From: Candidatus Nanopelagicales bacterium
Lineage (GTDB): Bacteria; Actinomycetota; Actinomycetes; S36-B12
Reading direction: 5' to 3'
Assembly (NCBI GenBank): GCA_030830865.1
Contig: JAURME010000054.1
Coordinates: forward strand, 12,649 to 76,648
Length of the DNA stretch: 64,000 bases
Shown here: in pieces, positions 31,125 through 39,084 of the stretch
Layout: every line of letters begins with the position of its first letter
Position numbering within the stretch: position 1 is the stretch's first letter
The notes under the pieces: model-generated
What the model saw: only the letters and a program-made list of their open reading frames with translations
Database searches by the model: none
Told to the model about the DNA's origin: nothing
Made by a program: the position numbers and the translations under genes

Positions 31125-31254
31125 GGTGTCCACCTGCTTCCGTCTCGTGGCCTCCCGGAGGTTCCGGCACTTCCACAGTAGTCCTCGAGCGTCCCTGACG
31201 GCGACCCATGCACAGGGCCTGTGGCGTGACCCGTCCATGTGCCACAGTGGCCCC

Positions 31255-32199
31255 ATGACCGCTACTACCGAGACCGTGTCCGACGGCGACCTCATGCGCG
31301 AACTCGAGCCGACCGTCGAGACCGAACTCGCCCGACACCTCGGCATGGTCCGGGACTGGTACCCGCACGAATACGTGCCGTGGTCCGAGGGCGAGGACTT
31401 CGAGGGACCTCTGGATGGCCGGGAGTGGACGGGAGATGAGACGCGCTTCTCGGACGCCGCTCGCACGAGCCTCATCATCAACCTGCTCACTGAGGACAAC
31501 CTGCCCAGCTATCACACCGAGATCGCCAGAAACGTCGGCACAGACGGTGCCTGGGCCGCATGGCTGGGGCGTTGGACAGCGGAGGAGGCGCGGCACGGGG
31601 CTGCGATCCGTGACTACCTGCTCGTCACTCGCTCTGTGGACCCGCGAGCACTTGAGGATGCCCGGATGCGTCACATGGAGTCCGGCTTCACTGCGATCAA
31701 CCCCGGATTCCTCGCCGGCCTCACCTACGTGTCGTTCCAGGAGCTCGCGACGCGGGTGTCACACCGCAATACAGGTGCCGCCACTGGCGATCCCATTGCC
31801 GAGCAACTCCTGGCACGGGTGGCGCTGGACGAGAACCTGCACATGCTCTTCTACCGGAACGTGATTGCTTCGGCGTTCGAGCTCACCCCTGATCAGACCA
31901 TGGAGGCCGTTCTCGCTTCCGTTCGTGATTTCGCCATGCCCGGGCATGGGATCGAGGGTTTCGGTCGCATGGCCGTTCAGATAGCCGTGGAGGGGATCTA
32001 CGACCTCCGACTGCACCGTGACGACGTCGTCATGCCGGTTCTCCGGGCATGGAAGGTCTTCGAACGTGATGATCTCGGACCGGTCGGGGAAAGGGCCCGC
32101 GACGAACTCGCCGCCCTTGTCGCCGATCAGGATGCTCAGGCCACGCGGTTCGAGGAGAAGCGCGCAGCCCTGCAGGCGCGGCTCGCAGCGCGCGGCTGA
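31255..32199 (+). CDS. acyl-ACP desaturase (soluble di-iron, DesA-like)
   Basis: Di-iron ligand motifs EEARHGAAIRDY and DENLHMLFY. Start re-picked at ATG 31255 (MTATTETV...). Confidence 0.85.
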   Translation: MTATTETVSDGDLMRELEPTVETELARHLGMVRDWYPHEYVPWSEGEDFEGPLDGREWTGDETRFSDAARTSLIINLLTEDNLPSYHTEIARNVGTDGAWAAWLGRWTAEEARHGAAIRDYLLVTRSVDPRALEDARMRHMESGFTAINPGFLAGLTYVSFQELATRVSHRNTGAATGDPIAEQLLARVALDENLHMLFYRNVIASAFELTPDQTMEAVLASVRDFAMPGHGIEGFGRMAVQIAVEGIYDLRLHRDDVVMPVLRAWKVFERDDLGPVGERARDELAALVADQDAQATRFEEKRAALQARLAARG

Positions 32200-32202
32200 G
32201 CC

Positions 32203-33867
32203 TCAGCGAGCGGAACCGCCTCCGGGCATGACCGAGTCGAGGACCGTCAGGGGGAGCGCGCCGTCGGCCAGTACCCGGTCGTGGAATGCGCCGATGTCGA
32301 AGGCGCCTCCCAGTTCCTGCTGGGCGCGCTCGCGCAGACGCTCGATCTCCCGTCGGCCGGTCATGTAGGACAGGGCCTGACCGGGATACGCGATGTACCG
32401 ATCGATCTCGGATTCGACGTCGATCGGCGCGACTGCCGTGTTGTCGACGAGATACTGCACGGCCTGCTCACGTGACCACCCGTAGTGGTGAAGTCCGGTG
32501 TCGACGACGAGGCGCGCCGCACGCCAGGCGTCGGCAGACAGCATTCCCAGCCGTTGGATGGGCGTGGAGTACAGACCCATCTCATCCGCAAGCCTCTCCG
32601 CATACAGCCCCCAACCCTCGATGTAGGCGGTGAAGAGGGGGAGTCGTCGCAGCGCGGGGATGTCCGCGTTCTCCAGGGCGAGTGCGATCTGGAAGTGATG
32701 CCCGGGAACGGCCTCGTGGAAGGCGATGGCCTCAAGGTCGAAGGATGTGCGGTCACCGGGGTCGTTCACGTTCGAGTAGTAGGTGCCCGGACGGGATCCG
32801 TCCACCGCCGGGGGCATGTAGTAGGCGGGCGCGGCCCCTGCCGCTTCCAACTCGGGGATCGCGGCCAGGGCGCATGCCGACCGGGGAACGCGACCGAACC
32901 ACTGCGGAGCGGCCGACTCTGCGCGACGAACTGCGGATTCCGCAGCATCCAGGATCTGCTGTGCGCTGTCCCACCTCAGGTCCGGGTCCTCTCGGAGTCG
33001 ACGGAAGATCTCGTGGAGGTCCTCGGTGCCCAGGGTCTCCCGGCCCAGGGCGCGGAACTCGTCGTGGACTCCGGCGACGAGGCGCAGGCCCTCTTCGTGG
33101 AGATCCTCGGCTGATCGCATCGTCGTCGTGTGCACTCGGATGAGGTCTGCGTATCGCTTACGGCCCTCGGGCAGGTGTGCGAGTCCGGGCGAGCTGTCCG
33201 CGCGACTGGTCGGGAGGACCTCGAGCGTCAGAGCCTCCCGGTAGGTCCGGAATGCGGGGACGACGAGGTCGAGGATCACGTCGTCCCGCCGCGTGATCCA
33301 TGCTTCCCTGTCGGACAGCGCTTCGCCAGGCGCATTGCCGAGCACCGTGATGGGGTCGTGGAGGAAGGCGTCGATCTGCGTGATCGCGGCCTCCACGAGG
33401 CGACGCACCGGGGTGAGTCCGGCGACGCGGCCGCGTTCGAGGCGCTCGAGTGCCTGCTCGAGGTACCGGGGGATCTCCGACAGTCGTTGCACGTAGTCGT
33501 GCGCCTGCGTGTCGGTCGCGACCGGCACCATGCGAAGGTACGCCAGCAGCACCGATGCCGGGCTGACGGGGAAGGCCGCCACCGTGAACTCGATGGTCCC
33601 TGCCGCCCGCGCGTGCCGGCCCGCCTCATCGAGGGCGATGAGCACCTCGCGGGTGATGCGATCCTCGTGAGACAGCGTCGCCGGATCGATGACCTGCGCG
33701 CGTGCGCTGAGCACGGCGAAGCTGCTCGCCAGGGACTCCTCATGTTCCACGGACAAGTCGGCCAGCTGGGCGTCGCGTCCGGGGTATCCGAGCAGTGTGG
33801 CCTCGAGTGGTTCACCGTCGAGCATCGTCGTGAGCCAGGCATCTGCAAGATCGGCAACCGTGTCCAT
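32203..33867 (-). CDS. DUF885-family protein (putative metallopeptidase-like, HExxPGHH motif)
   Basis: 554 aa from ATG 33867 (MDTVADLADAWL...). FHEAVPGHHFQ and the C-terminal IDRYIAYPGQALSYMTG are typical of DUF885. Confidence 0.8.
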   Translation of the reverse strand: MDTVADLADAWLTTMLDGEPLEATLLGYPGRDAQLADLSVEHEESLASSFAVLSARAQVIDPATLSHEDRITREVLIALDEAGRHARAAGTIEFTVAAFPVSPASVLLAYLRMVPVATDTQAHDYVQRLSEIPRYLEQALERLERGRVAGLTPVRRLVEAAITQIDAFLHDPITVLGNAPGEALSDREAWITRRDDVILDLVVPAFRTYREALTLEVLPTSRADSSPGLAHLPEGRKRYADLIRVHTTTMRSAEDLHEEGLRLVAGVHDEFRALGRETLGTEDLHEIFRRLREDPDLRWDSAQQILDAAESAVRRAESAAPQWFGRVPRSACALAAIPELEAAGAAPAYYMPPAVDGSRPGTYYSNVNDPGDRTSFDLEAIAFHEAVPGHHFQIALALENADIPALRRLPLFTAYIEGWGLYAERLADEMGLYSTPIQRLGMLSADAWRAARLVVDTGLHHYGWSREQAVQYLVDNTAVAPIDVESEIDRYIAYPGQALSYMTGRREIERLRERAQQELGGAFDIGAFHDRVLADGALPLTVLDSVMPGGGSAR

Positions 33868-33892
33868 GCGACGACCGTATCCGGCCGCCTGA

Positions 33893-34753
33893 CTACGGGC
33901 ATGGAATGTCGTTCGCCCGTGCGATCTGCGTGGCGGTCTCGATGATCCGGCGTCGGGTCGCGGGAGTCCGCGACAGGCCGTGCGATCTTCCGGACTGGGA
34001 CTTCGACAGCTTCCGCCCGGACTCGTCGAGGACCAGATCATGATGTCGGACCTCAGCGCGCTGGACGAAGGGCAGGTCGACGAGCGCCGCCAGATGAGAC
34101 TGCGCAGCGGTGGACTCGATGAGATCGCGACCTCGCAGGATGTGAGTGATGGTGTGTTGTTCGTCCTCGAAGACGGAGGACCACTGATAGGCCGGGAGGT
34201 CATCTCGGCGCCAGAGGACGAAGTCGCCCATGGCGGCGGCGAGGTCGACATCAGCGTCCTCGACTCGGACGACGGTACCGGGATCGACGGCGAGGCGCAG
34301 AGCGGTCTCGTGGGGGATCAACGTCAGCCCCAGGTCGCGGCACCCACCCGGACAGCCGGCGGTCGGAATCCCTGTGATCTGCCGGCGACTGCACCGGCAG
34401 GCGTAGGCGGGCAGTCCGGCGTCGACCGCCTCCTGAAGTGAGGTGCGGCTCCGGGCGACGCGGTCCTCACGAGCCTTCAAGGTGTCCTGGTAGGACCGCG
34501 GACCGGTCTTCCAGTCGACATCAAGCCACCTGAGCACATCGAGGATGTCGTCGACGTATTCCGGGCGCACCCGATCAGAATCGAGGTCATCGATGCGCAG
34601 GTGAATGGTGCCGTCCAGCGATGCTGCCCACCAGGCAGTGGCGAGCGCGTTGGCGGCATTGCCGACATGGAGGAAACCACTGGGAGTGGGCGCGATGCGG
34701 GTGCGCATTCCCTTGGGGCCGTCGTGGACCGTGCTTGAGGCCCCAACGGACAT
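33893..34753 (-). CDS. gluQ: glutamyl-tRNA-synthetase-like catalytic-domain-only protein (GluQRS-like)
   Basis: APTPSGFLHVGN (HIGH-type), KLSKS (KMSKS-type), and a YACRCSRRQI...GCPGGC zinc-type cysteine cluster. There is no anticodon-binding domain. Start ATG 34753 lies 7 nt after GGGAGG (ATG 34708 is an alternative). Confidence 0.75.
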   Translation of the reverse strand: MSVGASSTVHDGPKGMRTRIAPTPSGFLHVGNAANALATAWWAASLDGTIHLRIDDLDSDRVRPEYVDDILDVLRWLDVDWKTGPRSYQDTLKAREDRVARSRTSLQEAVDAGLPAYACRCSRRQITGIPTAGCPGGCRDLGLTLIPHETALRLAVDPGTVVRVEDADVDLAAAMGDFVLWRRDDLPAYQWSSVFEDEQHTITHILRGRDLIESTAAQSHLAALVDLPFVQRAEVRHHDLVLDESGRKLSKSQSGRSHGLSRTPATRRRIIETATQIARANDIPCP

Positions 34754-34856
34754 GGGCACACCTCCCGGATACTCCCGCGGTAGCACGACGCTGCGCCTTC
34801 AGCATGCACCGTGCAGCCTCCCACAGTTTCGCACCCTGACATGTAAGACTGCTGGG

Positions 34857-36287
34857 GTGCTTCCCCGGCCCCGGTGGTTCCTCGCCGCGGCGGCCTGCCT
34901 TGCGGTGACGGCAGTCGGCATCCCGCCAGCTCTTGCCGCGGTCGGTCGCGACTGGCAGCCGACGAACTGGACGGGCGTCGCCAACGGCGCTCCTGTCCCG
35001 GGGGAGGGGCTCAGTGCCCCGATGCCAGCGAATCTCCCCGTCGCGGAATTCCTGTCCGTCTCCTACGAGGGGCAGAACTCGTGTGATCCAACGCCCAAGC
35101 CGGGTGCCGTGAGACTTGAGCAGATCATCAAGGCCACGTATGGCGCCGGTGAGTACATCGGCATTCCCCGTGGCTGTGATGTGGGTGGTCAGAGTGAGCA
35201 CAAGGAGGGGCGTGCGATCGACTGGATGGTCGATGTCCGGGAGCCCGCGCAGCGCGCGAAGGCCGAGGCGTTCCTGAACTGGCTGCTCGGTCCTGACGCC
35301 GCCGGCCGCGTGGCGGGCAACGCCGACATGCTCGGTGTGATGTACATCGGGTGGCACGACCGCATGTGGCGGGGGTACGACCAAGGACGGGGTTGGGCCG
35401 AACTCAAGGGCTGCTTCAGCAAGCCAGAGAAGAAGTACGACAACTACTGTCACCGCAATCACATCCATGTCTCGCTGACCCGCGCGGGGGCCGCGGGCTC
35501 GACAGTGCCCAACGCCACACCGACCGACACCCCCGCGCCTCCGGCGGAGCCAACTCCACCGCCTCGCCCACCCGCTCCCGCTCAACCGGGTGAGGACGAC
35601 GACGCCTTCATGGCCATCGGGTCCCAGGAGGCGTACGTGGCGGGCGATGATGCGCCGCTCGCACCCGGTGAGGTGCGCACAGTGAATCTGGCGCCGGTGC
35701 CCCTGGAGGCATCGTCGGCGCTCGTCCTGGTCACGACTCGTGACTCCCGAAAGAAGGGCAGGCTTCGGATCGGCATGGTCGACGCGAAGTCGGCCGTCGC
35801 GGTCAAGGTGGCCAAGCGCAAGGCGAAGACATCGCTCATCCAGGTGCCGGTGGCCAATGGCGCGGTGCAGCTGGCCGCCACAACGAAGGGTCCGGTGAAG
35901 GTCAGGGTCGACGTCCTCGGCTACACGATCGCCGGGGGAGAGCATCCTGCGGTGGGCACCGAGGCGGCTCAGTTGACCAAGGGAACCTTCTCCCCGGATG
36001 AGGTGAAGGTCGTCAAAGTACGGGGCACCGGGCCGGTGCCCCGGAAGACGTCGAAGGCCACAGCCGTGATCCTCAGGGTGACAGCGAAGGGCAAGGGGGC
36101 TGCGGGTCGGTTCGCCGCCTACCCGGTCGGTGGGGCTGACCTCGGCACCCGCTCCGGTGTGATTCCGAAGAAGGGTCAGCGTTCCACGATCATCGTTGCT
36201 GACATCGGCGATGAAGGCCTGATTGCCCTCGCCTCTGATGTCACGACCAAGGCCGCCGTTGAGATCATCGGGTACGTCCGAGGCTGA
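34857..36287 (+). CDS. secreted LAS/hedgehog-type Zn-peptidase-like protein (putative cell-wall hydrolase) with Pro-rich linker and two C-terminal ~110-aa repeats
   Basis: GTG 34857 gives the signal peptide VLPRPRWFLAAAACLAVTAVGIPPALA/AVG. QSEHKEGRAIDW and HRNHIHVS match the H-x6-D...H-x-H zinc-ligand pattern. Linker is TPTDTPAPPAEPTPPPRPPAPAQP. Two repeats end in VDVLGYT and VEIIGYV. Confidence 0.65.
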   Translation: MLPRPRWFLAAAACLAVTAVGIPPALAAVGRDWQPTNWTGVANGAPVPGEGLSAPMPANLPVAEFLSVSYEGQNSCDPTPKPGAVRLEQIIKATYGAGEYIGIPRGCDVGGQSEHKEGRAIDWMVDVREPAQRAKAEAFLNWLLGPDAAGRVAGNADMLGVMYIGWHDRMWRGYDQGRGWAELKGCFSKPEKKYDNYCHRNHIHVSLTRAGAAGSTVPNATPTDTPAPPAEPTPPPRPPAPAQPGEDDDAFMAIGSQEAYVAGDDAPLAPGEVRTVNLAPVPLEASSALVLVTTRDSRKKGRLRIGMVDAKSAVAVKVAKRKAKTSLIQVPVANGAVQLAATTKGPVKVRVDVLGYTIAGGEHPAVGTEAAQLTKGTFSPDEVKVVKVRGTGPVPRKTSKATAVILRVTAKGKGAAGRFAAYPVGGADLGTRSGVIPKKGQRSTIIVADIGDEGLIALASDVTTKAAVEIIGYVRG

Positions 36288-36315
36288 TCATCGGGCAGGC
36301 AGGCCGGAAAGGACG

Positions 36316-36347
36316 AAGGGCGGACGACCTGATGGTCGCCCGCCCTT
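36316..36347. terminator. 14-bp stem hairpin (one mismatch, loop TGAT) between the convergent hydrolase-like gene and tRNA-Leu
   Basis: AAGGGCGGACGACC-TGAT-GGTCGCCCGCCCTT read directly from the sequence. It lies 29 nt after the CDS stop and 7 nt after the tRNA 3' end. No clear U-tract. Confidence 0.45.
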
Positions 36348-36353
36348 GACCTG

Positions 36354-36439
36354 TGTCCGAGGGGGGACTTGAACCCCCATGCCCCGTAAAGGGCACTAGC
36401 ACCTCAAGCTAGCGCGTCTGCCAATTCCGCCACCCGGAC
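36354..36439 (-). tRNA. tRNA-Leu (anticodon GAG), class II with long variable arm
   Basis: The reverse complement reads GTCCGGGTGGCGGAATTGGCAGACGCGCTAGCTTGAGGTGCTAGTGCCCTTTACGGGGCATGGGGGTTCAAGTCCCCCCTCGGACA. It has a 7-bp acceptor stem (one G-U) and an anticodon stem CTAGC/GCTAG with loop TTGAGGT. It also has a 17-nt variable arm and a T-arm GGGGG-TTCAAGT-CCCCC. No CCA is encoded. Confidence 0.85.
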
Positions 36440-36495
36440 GAGTGCGTCGCAACTATACATATGCGCCGACCTGCACGACCCGGCAGGATGGACAC

Positions 36496-37824
36496 ATGAC
36501 CGAGGCCTCGACGACCGCCATCGCGTCCCTCGATGAGGTCGTGACGCTGACGCAGGAGCTCATCCGCATCGACACCTCCAACTTCGGTGATAGCGCCGAA
36601 ACGGTGGGGGAGGCCGAGGCCGCCGACTATGTCGCCCAGCGGCTCCGGGAGGTGGGGCTCGAGCCGGAGGTCGTCCGCACATCATCTGACCGGCGACGCG
36701 CGGTGACGGTGCGGATACCGGGATCCGACGCCGACGCCCCGGCCCTGCTGTTGCACGGGCATCTGGATGTCGTGCCCGCCGTCGCCTCGGACTGGATGCA
36801 CGATCCCTTCGGCGGAGCCATCGAGGACGGTTTCCTCTGGGGGCGCGGAGCTGTGGACATGAAGGACATGGACGCGATGATCCTCGCCGTCGTCCGGGGC
36901 TGGGCACGGTCAGGCGTGCGCCCTCGACGGGACATCGTGGTCCTCTTCCTGCCCGACGAGGAGGCCGGTGGCTCGCACGGCGGTCACTGGCTGGTCGACA
37001 ACCGTCCCGACATCTTCACGGGAGTGTCCGAGGCGGTCGGAGAAGTCGGGGGCTTCTCGGTCACCGTGCGCGACGATGTGCGGCTGTATCCCATCCAGAC
37101 CGCGGAGAAGGGCATCCGCTGGCTGAACCTGCGCGCAGCAGAGCGGGCGGGACACGGGTCGATGATCCACCCCGACAACGCCGTCACCGCGCTGGCGGAG
37201 GCAGTCGCCCGAATCGGTCGCCACGAGTGGCCGATCCGGCGCACCAAGACCGTGGACCGGTTCCTCACTGAGCTGTCCGCCGTCTACGGAGTCGAGCTGG
37301 AGCCGGATGATCCCCGGGCGCTGTTGGAACGGCTCGGCACCCTCGGCTACCTGGTCGGTGCGACGCTGCAGAACACCGCCAATCCCACGATGTTCTCCGC
37401 CGGGTACAAGCACAACGTGATTCCGGGTGAGGCGACCGCGGGGGTGGACGGAAGAGTCCTGCCGGGCTACGAGCACGAGTTCGAGGAGACGATCCGGGAG
37501 CTGGTCGGGGACTCGGTCGAGGTGACGTCCCAGCACGAGGACATCGCTCTGGAGGCGCCGTTGGACTCCCCACTCGTGGACCGTATGGGTGCGGCTCTGC
37601 GTGCCGCGGATCCGGGAGCCCATCCCGTGCCGTACATGATCAGCGGCGGAACGGACGCCAAGTCCTTCGCGCGGCTGGGCATCGAGTGCTACGGGTTCAG
37701 CCCGCTGCGGATGCCCCCTGACCTGGACTACTGGCGGCTATTCCACGGAGTGGATGAGCGCGTGCCCGTCGACGGTCTGCTCTTCGGTGCCGACGTGCTG
37801 GACCGGTTCCTGAGGGAGTGCTGA
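36496..37824 (+). CDS. M20/M25/M40-family metallohydrolase (peptidase/deacylase)
   Basis: LLLHGHLDVVP, GRGAVDMKD and LPDEEAGGSHG (M20 metal-ligand motifs). Start re-picked at ATG 36496 after AGGATGGA. Confidence 0.85.
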   Translation: MTEASTTAIASLDEVVTLTQELIRIDTSNFGDSAETVGEAEAADYVAQRLREVGLEPEVVRTSSDRRRAVTVRIPGSDADAPALLLHGHLDVVPAVASDWMHDPFGGAIEDGFLWGRGAVDMKDMDAMILAVVRGWARSGVRPRRDIVVLFLPDEEAGGSHGGHWLVDNRPDIFTGVSEAVGEVGGFSVTVRDDVRLYPIQTAEKGIRWLNLRAAERAGHGSMIHPDNAVTALAEAVARIGRHEWPIRRTKTVDRFLTELSAVYGVELEPDDPRALLERLGTLGYLVGATLQNTANPTMFSAGYKHNVIPGEATAGVDGRVLPGYEHEFEETIRELVGDSVEVTSQHEDIALEAPLDSPLVDRMGAALRAADPGAHPVPYMISGGTDAKSFARLGIECYGFSPLRMPPDLDYWRLFHGVDERVPVDGLLFGADVLDRFLREC

Positions 37825-37831
37825 CGGCACG

Positions 37832-38029
37832 TCAGGCAGTGCGCCTCACCCGGTAGATCCGGCGACGCAGCCGTACCTGTCGACGGCCATCCGGGAAGCG
37901 CACGAGGCGGTCGAGTTCCCATCGTCCGGTGTCGGCCTCTCCGGTGAGCTGCTGACGGGCTGCCTCACGGGAGACATCGCGGGAGATCGTGAGTTCGCGG
38001 TACTCCCATGTGGTCTCCCGATGCTCCAT
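37832..38029 (-). CDS. DUF5703-like small protein
   Basis: 65 aa from ATG 38029. WEYRELTISRDVSREAARQQLTGEADTGRWELDRLVRFPDGRRQVRLRR. Confidence 0.55.
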   Translation of the reverse strand: MEHRETTWEYRELTISRDVSREAARQQLTGEADTGRWELDRLVRFPDGRRQVRLRRRIYRVRRTA

Positions 38030-38034
38030 GACGC

Positions 38035-39018
38035 CTACCTCCGTTGGGCCCAACCGGCCTCGGGATAGCCCACAGCGGGAGCCGACACGTCGTCAAGTGC
38101 CATGAGGATCTCGTCCGGCAGTTCGAGCTCCTCAGAGGCGAGGGCCGCCAGCAGCTGCTGCACGGTGCGTGCGCCCAGGATCGGAGCCACGATGCCGGGA
38201 CGGTCACGCAGCCAGGCGAGTGCCACCTCGGCCGGTGAGGCTCCGAGTCCCTCGGCTGCGGTGGCTACCGCGTCGACGATCCGTCGGCCGCGCTCGTCGA
38301 GGTAGGCCTGCACGAAGCCGGCCGTGTCGGCGTGTGCACCGCGGGAGTCCAGGGGAAGGCTGTGGCGGTACTTGCCCGTGAGCACACCGCGGCCCAGGGG
38401 GGACCACGGGAGTATGCCCAAACCCAGGGACTGCGCCGCGGGCACGATCTCCCGTTCGATCCCGCGTTCGAGCAGCGAGTACTCCATCTGGGCGGTGATC
38501 AGGGGCGCTCGACCAAGGCCAGTCTGCTGGTAGGTAGCAGCCTTCGCGGTCTGCCACCCGGAGTAGTTCGCGATGCCCACATAGCGGACACGGCCGGACG
38601 ACACGGCCGCATCGGCTGCTGCGAGCGTCTCCTCGAGGGGAGTCCAGGGATCCCAGGCGTGCAGATGCCACAGGTCGATGGTGTCGGTACGAAGTCGTGC
38701 GAGGGACTCGTCGAGCGCGCGCATGAGGTGGCGACGGGAGCAGTCCACTCGTCGGCCCGGTCCGGGTATGGCCCCGGCCTTTGTGGCGAGCACGACGTCA
38801 TCGCGTACCTCGAACTCCTCGAGCAGTTCACCGAGAAGGGCCTCGGCCCCGCCGTCGGCATACGCATCGGAGGTGTCGATCAGGGAACCGCCTGCATCGA
38901 TGAACGCCGCGAGCTGATCCCGGGCGTCGTACTCATCGGTCCCGCGCGTCCACGTGGCCGTGCCGAGGGCGAGACGCCCCACCCACACGCCTGAGCGCCC
39001 GAGCGGTCTGGTCTCCAT
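38035..39018 (-). CDS. aldo/keto reductase
   Basis: 327 aa from ATG 39018. LGRSGVWVGRLALGT, IDTSDAYADGGAE, DLWHLHAWD and GILPWSPLGRGVLTGKY. The track ORF extension to 39552 is rejected. Confidence 0.85.
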   Translation of the reverse strand: METRPLGRSGVWVGRLALGTATWTRGTDEYDARDQLAAFIDAGGSLIDTSDAYADGGAEALLGELLEEFEVRDDVVLATKAGAIPGPGRRVDCSRRHLMRALDESLARLRTDTIDLWHLHAWDPWTPLEETLAAADAAVSSGRVRYVGIANYSGWQTAKAATYQQTGLGRAPLITAQMEYSLLERGIEREIVPAAQSLGLGILPWSPLGRGVLTGKYRHSLPLDSRGAHADTAGFVQAYLDERGRRIVDAVATAAEGLGASPAEVALAWLRDRPGIVAPILGARTVQQLLAALASEELELPDEILMALDDVSAPAVGYPEAGWAQRR

Positions 39019-39084
39019 GGCGGCACCGTACTCCGGCGGGCGACGACGTCGGGCTAGGCTCGCGGTGCCGACATGGAGGGTGCG

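Noticed and set aside
30979-31499. Mutually overlapping 5' extensions of track ORFs 30979..32199 (+) and 30660..31499 (-)
   Set aside because: Both extensions are low-complexity Ser/Arg/Pro sequence. The recognisable proteins start at internal ATGs (31255 and 31124) with SD-like sequences, which leaves a normal 130-nt divergent region.
33868-34251. 128-codon N-terminal extension of the DUF885 ORF overlapping the GluQRS-like gene
   Set aside because: The extension is Ser/Pro/Arg-rich and overlaps a recognisable gene on the same strand in another frame. The conserved DUF885 sequence starts at ATG 33867.
34754-34856. Possible ydaO/c-di-AMP riboswitch upstream of the secreted cell-wall hydrolase-like gene
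   Set aside because: The region is only about 100 nt, and I could not find the conserved ydaO core elements by eye. A covariance-model scan would be decisive, but I expect no hit.
34587-35945. 452-aa minus-strand ORF opposite the secreted hydrolase-like gene
   Set aside because: The translation is Arg/His/Gly-rich with no motifs. The + strand frame has a signal peptide, zinc-ligand motifs and internal repeats.
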